A stretch of DNA of 23,827 nucleotides, from NCBI GenBank assembly GCA_045863855.1, contig BTVV01000098.1, positions 1 to 23,827 of the forward strand, given 5' to 3'. The position numbers and the translations under genes were made by a program. The notes below the pieces were generated by a model. That model was not told the origin of the DNA. It searched no databases and saw only the letters and a list, made by a program, of their open reading frames with translations. Positions 7,946 through 14,654 of the stretch are shown in pieces; the stretch's first letter is position 1; the number at the start of each line of letters is the position of its first letter. The stretch is from Planctomycetota bacterium (lineage in GTDB: Bacteria > Planctomycetota > SZUA-567 > H5-PLA8).

Positions 7946-8200
7946 TAGACTCTGTCTCGAAACCCTTCTTCGGCGTCTGCTTGCGGGGACTTGCGCAGCG
8001 CTTCGTCAGGGGCGAGCGCAAACGCCTATACGCTCGGATCAACTCCAGAAACTGGCGTACCCGCAGCGCCAAGCTGCCGCCGGAAGACTGCTGCAGGAGA
8101 GCACACCGGTTCAGGAGCGCTGATCCAAGGGCCGATATTCCTTGTTCTGCAAGCGGTGCAGGGCTGTGGACCGGTGACGGAACGGAATAGGGCGTGACCT

Positions 8201-8224
8201 GCGGGCGGAACGCCCGCGATACCG
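8201..8224. repeat. REP-like palindromic repeat, copy 1
   Basis: GCGGGCG-GAA-CGCCCGC-GATACCG; identical to 9835-9858 except in the loop. Confidence 0.75.
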
Positions 8225-8322
8225 CATGGCGCGGCCGGCGGTTCGGTCGGCGCTGTCCTTGTTTCCGTCGCGCGATTCGTCATGATGACGGTTGCCGAGG
8301 GGAAACGGGGAGAGCACGCATC

Positions 8323-9726
8323 GTGGCGGAACGCGAGTTGGTGATCGTCGGGGCCGGTCCGGGCGGGTACGTGGCGGCGTTGCGCGCGGCGCAGCGTGGG
8401 CTCAAGACGACGCTGATCGAGCGCGAGAAGGTCGGCGGGACGTGCTTGCATCACGGCTGCATCCCGTCGAAGGCGCTGATTCACGGCGCGCGGGTCTTCG
8501 AAACGGTGAAGCACGCGGGGAAGTTCGGCGTGAAGCTGGAAGGTCCGGTGGGCTTCGATTATCCGGCGCTGGCGGCGCATAAGGACAAGACCGTCGCGAA
8601 CCTCGAGAAGGGCGTCGGCTTCCTGCTGCAGAAGCGCGGCGTCGAGACGCTTTTTGGCGAAGCGGCCTTCAAGGACGCGCACACGTTGACGCTGCGCAAA
8701 GCGGACGGTTCGAGCGAAGAGCTGCCGTTCCGGCACGCGCTGGTCGCCACGGGAAGCGCGCCGACGCAGCTTCCGAACATCCCGATCGACGGCATGACGT
8801 TCGTGACTTCGAACGAAGTGCTGCAATGGGACCGGTTGCCGGCGTCGCTGGCGATCGTCGGGGCGGGGGTGATCGGCTGCGAACTGGCGAGCCTGTACGC
8901 GCGGCTGGGCGTTCCGGTGCAGGTGGTGGAACTGCTGGACGGGGCGCTGCCGGGTTTCGACGCCGAAGTGCGGCGCGAGATCGAGAAGCAGCTCAAGCGG
9001 CAGGGCGTGGAATTTTTCTTCGGGGTGAAGGTGGAGGAAGCGTATCCCGGCCCGACGGGCGCGACGCTGGTGCTGAGCAACGGGGAGACGCTGAACGCGC
9101 AGTGCTGCCTGGTGGCGATCGGTCGGACGCCGCACACGGAAGGGCTGGCTCCGGAAGCCGCGGGGTTAAAGCTGGGCCCGCGGGGGCACCTGACGGTGGA
9201 CGCGCGCTGCCGGACGAACGTCCCGCACATCTACGCGGTGGGCGACGTGACGGGCGTCTCGCCCTTCGCTCACGCGGCCAGCCACATGGGCCTGGTGGCG
9301 GTGGAGCAGATACTGGGAACGTCGCGCGGCGGGCACGACGCGGTCTTCGATGCAACGAAAGTTCCGTGGGGCGTCTTCACCAAGCCGGAGGTGGGCGCGA
9401 TCGGACTCAGCGAAGAGAAAGCGCGCGAGGGCGGGCGCGAAGTGAAGGTCGGCAAGTTCGGCTGGCGGGGCCTGGGCAAGAGCCAGGCGACCTTGGAGCT
9501 GGACGGTTTCGTGAAGGTGATCGCCGACGCGCAGACGGGGAAGCTGCTGGGCCTGCATATCGTGGGCGAGGAAGCTACGAACCTGCTGGGCGAAGGTTCG
9601 CTGGCGTGGGGGGCGGGGGCGACGCTGGAGCAGTTGGCCGAGAGCGTGCACTGCCACCCGACGCTGCCCGAAGCGGTGGGCGAAGCGGCGCTGGCGGCGC
9701 TGGGGATTCCGATTCACGGCTTGTAG
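8323..9726 (+). CDS. lpdA: Dihydrolipoyl dehydrogenase (E3), 467 aa
   Basis: Start reassigned to GTG 8323 (GGGGAG upstream). FAD motif GAGPGGYVAA, redox disulfide GGTCLHHGCIPSK, NAD motif IVGAGVIGCE, IYAVGDV, and C-terminal His-Glu pair HPTLPE. Confidence 0.93.
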   Translation: MAERELVIVGAGPGGYVAALRAAQRGLKTTLIEREKVGGTCLHHGCIPSKALIHGARVFETVKHAGKFGVKLEGPVGFDYPALAAHKDKTVANLEKGVGFLLQKRGVETLFGEAAFKDAHTLTLRKADGSSEELPFRHALVATGSAPTQLPNIPIDGMTFVTSNEVLQWDRLPASLAIVGAGVIGCELASLYARLGVPVQVVELLDGALPGFDAEVRREIEKQLKRQGVEFFFGVKVEEAYPGPTGATLVLSNGETLNAQCCLVAIGRTPHTEGLAPEAAGLKLGPRGHLTVDARCRTNVPHIYAVGDVTGVSPFAHAASHMGLVAVEQILGTSRGGHDAVFDATKVPWGVFTKPEVGAIGLSEEKAREGGREVKVGKFGWRGLGKSQATLELDGFVKVIADAQTGKLLGLHIVGEEATNLLGEGSLAWGAGATLEQLAESVHCHPTLPEAVGEAALAALGIPIHGL

Positions 9727-9834
9727 GACGGTGCCACCATCGACCTTTTCGCCACGGAGTACACGGAGGGTACGGCTTCCGATTTCGTATCTCGCCTGAG
9801 CCCGTGTCGCCCCATGCACTCCGAGCCACCGGCC

Positions 9835-9858
9835 GCGGGCGAGACGCCCGCGATACCG
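9835..9858. repeat. REP-like palindromic repeat, copy 2
   Basis: GCGGGCG-AGA-CGCCCGC-GATACCG; same orientation as the copy at 8201-8224. Confidence 0.75.
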
Positions 9859-9956
9859 GGTCCGGAAAGCCGCTGACCTTTCAATCGCGGGTGGAAAAGC
9901 CCGCTCGCCCCCACTAAAACCGAGAGCGAAATCACACGGAGCAGATCGAGCACGGC

Positions 9957-10955
9957 ATGTCCGAATTGCGCAAAGATCCGTTGTCGCGGCGCTGGGTGAT
10001 CATCGCATCCGAGCGCGCGCGGCGTCCGAGCGACTTCGTGGTCGAGGAGCCGGCGCAGATTCCGGGCTTCGATCCGTTCGCGGAGGGGAACGAGGACAAG
10101 ACGCCTCCGGAGATCGCGGCGTACCGCACGGCGGGTTCGCGGCGCGACGGTCCGGGCTGGCGCGTGCGGGTGGTGCCGAACAAGTTCCCGGCGCTGGCGG
10201 TGGAAGGGAAGCTTCAGAAGCACGGTTCGGGGCCGTACGACCGGATGCACGGGATCGGCGCGCACGAGATCGTGATCGAGTGCCCGCAGACGCTGCGGAG
10301 CTTCACCGGACTTCCCGACGCTCACGTCCAAGAGATCCTGTGGATGTACCGCGACCGGCTGGTGGATCTGGCGCGCGACCGGCGCTTCCGTTACGGGATG
10401 ATTTTCAAGAACGTGGGCAAGGTGGCGGGCGGTACGCTGTACCACACGCACAGCCAGTTGATCGCGACGCCGGTGGTGCCGCGTACGGTGGCGCTGAAGA
10501 TGGAGCACTGCGCGGAGTACTTCAAGCTGCGCGAGCGCTGCCTGATCCAGGACATCGTGGACCACGAGATCGAAGAGCAGTCTCGGGTGGTGCTGGACAC
10601 GGGGCATTTTCTATCGTTCGCTCCGTACGCTCCGCGCTTCCCGTTCGAGACGTGGATCGTGCCGAAGTTCCCCGCGGCGCACTTCGAATCGATCGAGCAG
10701 GGCCAGATGGAAGAGCTGGCGTTCGTGCTGAAGCGGACGCTGTTGAAGCTCGAACGCGGCTTGGGCAACCCGCCGTACAACTACATGCTCTTCACGGCGC
10801 CGTTCCACGATCCGCCGAACGAGAGTTTTCGCTGGCATCTGGAGATCACGCCGCGGCTGACGCACGTGGCGGGATTCGAATGGGGTACGGGGTTCTACAT
10901 CAACCCGGTGCCTCCGGAAGACGCCGCGGAGTTTTTGCGCAACCTGAAGCTTTGA
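9957..10955 (+). CDS. galT: GalT-family (HIT superfamily) hexose-1-phosphate nucleotidyltransferase; substrate uncertain
   Basis: MSELRKDPLSRRWVIIASERARRP, WRVRVVPNKFPAL, GAHEIVIE, FKN.G..AG...HTHSQ (HxHxQ nucleophile motif), AGFEWGTGFYINPVPPE. Confidence 0.88.
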   Translation: MSELRKDPLSRRWVIIASERARRPSDFVVEEPAQIPGFDPFAEGNEDKTPPEIAAYRTAGSRRDGPGWRVRVVPNKFPALAVEGKLQKHGSGPYDRMHGIGAHEIVIECPQTLRSFTGLPDAHVQEILWMYRDRLVDLARDRRFRYGMIFKNVGKVAGGTLYHTHSQLIATPVVPRTVALKMEHCAEYFKLRERCLIQDIVDHEIEEQSRVVLDTGHFLSFAPYAPRFPFETWIVPKFPAAHFESIEQGQMEELAFVLKRTLLKLERGLGNPPYNYMLFTAPFHDPPNESFRWHLEITPRLTHVAGFEWGTGFYINPVPPEDAAEFLRNLKL

Positions 10956-10989
10956 CGCATTCCATTACGGAGCCTCGAACGACGACGCC

Positions 10990-12474
10990 ATGCATATCGC
11001 TTATGCCAGTTCCGAAGTGCTGCCCTACTCGAAGACCGGCGGTCTGGGCGACGTAGGCGGCTCGCTGCCCGCGGCGCTCGCGGCGCTGGGTCATTCGATC
11101 GATGTCTTCACGCCGTACTACCGCGGCACGAAGAAGATCGATCCGAAGGCCGAGCCGGCCGCGGAGGGATTCGTTCCGGTCGGAACCGAATCGGTTCCGT
11201 GGAAGCTGTTGCGGGCGAGCGTCACGCCGGCGGGCGTGCAAACGTACTTCGTCGCGCACGAAGGCTACTTCGACCGCGAGGGGCTTTACGGCGACAACCG
11301 CGGCGATTACGCGGACAACATCTCGCGCTACATTTTCTTCTGCCGCGCGGTCATGGCCGCCGCCGAAGCGCTGGGCAAGCCGGTGGACGTTTTTCACGGG
11401 AACGACTGGCAGACCGCACCGCTGCCGGTGTACCTGCGGACGTCGTTTGCCGACCATCCGTTCCTGGGTTCGGCGGGGTCGCTCTTCACGATCCACAACC
11501 TGGCGTACCAAGGGCTGTTCTGGCACTGGGACTGGCCGCTTTTGAATCTGCCGTGGCGGCACTTCAATTGGAAAGAGCTGGAGTTCCACGGCAAGTTGAA
11601 CCTCCTTAAAGGAGCGCTGGTGCATGCGGACGTGCTGAGCACGGTTTCGCCGACGTACGCTCGTGAGATCCAGACGGCGGAATCGGGCTGCGGACTGGAC
11701 GGGGTGCTGGGCGACCGCGCGGACGAATTGTTCGGGGTGGTGAACGGGATCGATACGTCGGCGTGGAACCCGGCCGCGGACCCGCACCTGCCGGCGGCGT
11801 ACGACGCGGAGAATCTGGCGGGCAAAGCGGCGTGCCGCAAGGCGCTGCTGGAGCGCTTCAAGCTCGACGCGAGCGGCGGGCGCGCGGTTTTCGGCGTGGT
11901 GGGGCGGCTGGTGGAGCAGAAGGGCTTCGAACTGCTGGTGCAGGGCCTGGAAGAGCTGCTGCGCCGGAAGGTCTGCCTCGCGGTGCTGGGTACGGGCGAC
12001 CCGCGGATCCAGGAACGGCTGACGGAAGCCGCGAAGCGCTACCCTGGGCGGATGGGCGTGGTCTTCGCGTTCGACAACGCGCTGGCGCATCTGGTGACGG
12101 CGGGAAGCGACGTCTTCGTGATGCCGAGCAAGTTCGAGCCGTGCGGTTTGAATCAGCTTTACGCCTTGCGTTACGGGACTCCGCCGCTGGTGCGGGCGGT
12201 GGGCGGGCTGGCGGACACGGTGACGGACGCGACGCCGGAAGCGCTGCAAGCCGGTACGGCGACGGGCTTCGCGTTCGACGAGTTTCATTCCAAGGCGCTG
12301 CTGGCGGCGGCGGACCGGGCGCTGTCGAGCTTCGGCGACGCGGCGGGCTGGCGCGCGCTGCAGCAACGCGGAATGCGCCAGGACTGGTCGTGGACGCGCA
12401 GTGCGCGCGCCTACGAGGATCTGTACGGCCGCGTGGCGCGGAAAGCCAAGCTGCGTTCGAGCGCCGCGAGCTGA
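10990..12474 (+). CDS. glgA: Glycogen synthase (GT5, ADP-glucose type)
   Basis: SEVLPYSKTGGLGDV, HGNDWQT, FTIHNLAYQG, TVSPTYAREI, RLVEQKG, MPSKFEPCGLNQ, VGGLADTV. Confidence 0.96.
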   Translation: MHIAYASSEVLPYSKTGGLGDVGGSLPAALAALGHSIDVFTPYYRGTKKIDPKAEPAAEGFVPVGTESVPWKLLRASVTPAGVQTYFVAHEGYFDREGLYGDNRGDYADNISRYIFFCRAVMAAAEALGKPVDVFHGNDWQTAPLPVYLRTSFADHPFLGSAGSLFTIHNLAYQGLFWHWDWPLLNLPWRHFNWKELEFHGKLNLLKGALVHADVLSTVSPTYAREIQTAESGCGLDGVLGDRADELFGVVNGIDTSAWNPAADPHLPAAYDAENLAGKAACRKALLERFKLDASGGRAVFGVVGRLVEQKGFELLVQGLEELLRRKVCLAVLGTGDPRIQERLTEAAKRYPGRMGVVFAFDNALAHLVTAGSDVFVMPSKFEPCGLNQLYALRYGTPPLVRAVGGLADTVTDATPEALQAGTATGFAFDEFHSKALLAAADRALSSFGDAAGWRALQQRGMRQDWSWTRSARAYEDLYGRVARKAKLRSSAAS

Positions 12475-12500
12475 AGCCACGCCGAGAGGAAGGTGCCATC

Positions 12501-14654
12501 ATGTCCGGCCGCGTCCGCTTCGTCTGCCTGCTGCATTCGCACCAACCCGTCGGGAACTTCGACCACGTGATCGAGGAGGCGTACGGCAAGAGCTACCTGC
12601 CGTACGTGGAGCATTTCGAGCGTTACCCGTCGATCCCGCTGACGCACCATATTTCCGGCTGCCTGCTGGAATGGCTGGACGCGCATCATCCGGAATACAT
12701 CGAGCGGATGCGCGAACGCGTCGATCCGGCGCGGGCGAAGCCAGGCCAGGCGGCGTGGGAGATGATCGGCGGCGCGTTCTACGAGCCGATCCTGACGATC
12801 CTGCCCAGCCGCGACCGGCTGGGCCAGATCCGCATGATGCAGGAGTGGATCGAAGGCCATTTCGGCGTGGCGCCGCGGAGCTTGTGGCTGGCCGAGCGCG
12901 TCTGGGAGCCGGCGCTGGTGAGCGACCTGTCCGACGCGGGCGTGAAGTACCTGACGCTGGACGACAGCCACTTCCGGGCGGCGGGGCTGCGCGACGAGGA
13001 ACTGGTCGGCGGGTTCGTGACCGAGGACCAGGGCAAGACGGTGCGCGCGTATCCGGCAAGCGAGCACCTGCGCTACCTGATCCCGTACGCGAAGGTGGAG
13101 CAGATTCTGGCGTACCTGCGTTCGCTGTGCCCGGCGGACGGGGAGCGCGTGGTCGTTTACGCGGACGACGGCGAGAAGTTCGGCGTGTGGCCGGGGACGT
13201 TCGACCACGTCTACGGGGAGCGCTGGCTGGACGCGTTTTTGGCGGCATTGAGCCGGGCGCAGGAAGAGGGCTGGCTGGTCTGTTCGACGCTGAGCGACGC
13301 GTACGACACGGTCGAGCCGGCGGGACGCGTGTACATCCCCGAGAACAGCTACCGCGAGATGACGGAGTGGGCGCTGCCGGCTTCGACGCTGGCGGCGTAC
13401 GAGCGCGCGGTGGAAGAAGTGAAGCACGACGAGCGGGTGAAGGCGATCCTGCCGCTGGTGAAAGGCGGGAACTGGCGCGGCTTCCGCGTGAAGTACGCGG
13501 AAGGCGGGCGGCTGTACGCGAAGATGATGGAGATCAGCGCGAAGGTCGAGGCGGCGCCCAAGCGGGGCAAGAAGAGCGAGGAAGCGCGCACGCACCTGTA
13601 CCGCGGGCAGTGCAACTGCCCGTACTGGCACGGGGTCTTCGGCGGGATGTACCTGCCGCATCTGCGCAGCGCGATTTACCGCGAGTTGGTGCGTGCCGAG
13701 AACGCCGCCGACGAGGCGCTCAAGACCAAACCCGGCGCGAGCGTGCAGGACTTCGATTTCGACGGCTACGACGAAGTGAAGCTGAGCAACGAGGCGCTGA
13801 ACGTGTACCTGCACCCGGAGCGCGGGGGGCATCTGTACGAGCTGGATTTGCGCGCGCACGACTTCAACGTGACGGACACGTTCTCGCGGCGCTACGAGGC
13901 GTACCACGACAAGGTCGCCCGCGCGGTGGTGGGCAAGTCCGGCGAAGGCGAAGCGAAGAGCATCCACGAACTGGTGCGGGCCAAGGAGCCGGGACTGGCG
14001 AAGCTGCTGCGCTACGACGGCTACCTGCGCGAGAGTCTGGTAGATCACCTCTCGCCGCGGGCGCTGAACGCCGAGGATCTGCTTTCGGGACAGCCGCCGA
14101 GCATGGACGCGCTGCGGCAGGGTCCGTATGCGTTCGAGACGGAGAACGGCGCCAAGAAGAAGGCCGGCGCTCCGGCGGCGCGGCTGTGGACGGAAGGCGA
14201 GTGGGGCGGCGGAAACTTCCGGCTGACCAAGCGCGTGCGGCTGGACGGATCGAGCTACGCGGCGGCGTACGAGATCGAACGGCTGGACGGGCCGGACCTG
14301 GAGGCCTGGTTCGGGGTGGAATTGAACTTCAACCTCTTGGCAGGGAACGCTCCGGACCGCTACTATTACCACGCGGACGCGCTGCACGCGGGGCCGCTGG
14401 ATACGGCGGCGGACTTCGGCGTCAAGGCGTTCGTGGGGCTGAAGGACGAATGGCTGGACGTGGCGCTGACGGTGCGCCCGTCGGTCCCGGCGCAGGTGGT
14501 GGTTTGTCCGGTGAAGACGGTGTCGCAGTCGGAGGACGGCTTCGAATCGATTTATCAGAGTTCCTGCGTGCTGCTGCAGTGGCCGCTGCGGCTGAAGGCG
14601 GGACAGCGGTTCGAGACGGTGGTGGTCCAGGAGGTAGCGCGTGCCCGAGGCTGA
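12501..14654 (+). CDS. GH57 4-alpha-glucanotransferase / alpha-amylase type enzyme, 717 aa
   Basis: ATG 12501 after gagaggaagg. Motifs HSHQPVGNF, FYEPIL, LWLAERVWEP (nucleophile), DDGEKFGVWPGT (acid/base), SYREMTEWALP, QCNCPYWHGVFGG and C-terminal TVSQSEDGFE. Confidence 0.93.
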   Translation: MSGRVRFVCLLHSHQPVGNFDHVIEEAYGKSYLPYVEHFERYPSIPLTHHISGCLLEWLDAHHPEYIERMRERVDPARAKPGQAAWEMIGGAFYEPILTILPSRDRLGQIRMMQEWIEGHFGVAPRSLWLAERVWEPALVSDLSDAGVKYLTLDDSHFRAAGLRDEELVGGFVTEDQGKTVRAYPASEHLRYLIPYAKVEQILAYLRSLCPADGERVVVYADDGEKFGVWPGTFDHVYGERWLDAFLAALSRAQEEGWLVCSTLSDAYDTVEPAGRVYIPENSYREMTEWALPASTLAAYERAVEEVKHDERVKAILPLVKGGNWRGFRVKYAEGGRLYAKMMEISAKVEAAPKRGKKSEEARTHLYRGQCNCPYWHGVFGGMYLPHLRSAIYRELVRAENAADEALKTKPGASVQDFDFDGYDEVKLSNEALNVYLHPERGGHLYELDLRAHDFNVTDTFSRRYEAYHDKVARAVVGKSGEGEAKSIHELVRAKEPGLAKLLRYDGYLRESLVDHLSPRALNAEDLLSGQPPSMDALRQGPYAFETENGAKKKAGAPAARLWTEGEWGGGNFRLTKRVRLDGSSYAAAYEIERLDGPDLEAWFGVELNFNLLAGNAPDRYYYHADALHAGPLDTAADFGVKAFVGLKDEWLDVALTVRPSVPAQVVVCPVKTVSQSEDGFESIYQSSCVLLQWPLRLKAGQRFETVVVQEVARARG

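Noticed and set aside
7797..8072. 91-aa minus-strand ORF as a transposase remnant
   Set aside because: No DDE or HUH motif, TTG start without a clear RBS, and it reads through the palindromic repeats.
8194..8322. 43-aa Cys/Arg-rich N-terminal extension of LpdA
   Set aside because: It runs through the REP-like hairpin; a GTG with an RBS at 8323 gives a normal E3 N-terminus.
7775..8322. Possible tRNA, tmRNA, RNase P RNA or riboswitch in the long intergenic region
   Set aside because: No cloverleaf, T-loop/CCA end or conserved motif of these RNAs recognised; a covariance-model search would be needed to exclude them fully.
9750..9776. Short ACGG(AG) iterations after lpdA as a CRISPR or repeat array
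   Set aside because: Only two to three very short units with no repeat-spacer structure and no cas genes.
11763..12500. N-terminal extension of the 963-aa ORF suggesting a larger or fused GH57
   Set aside because: It overlaps glgA out of frame and is low complexity; the RBS and first GH57 motif place the start at 12501.
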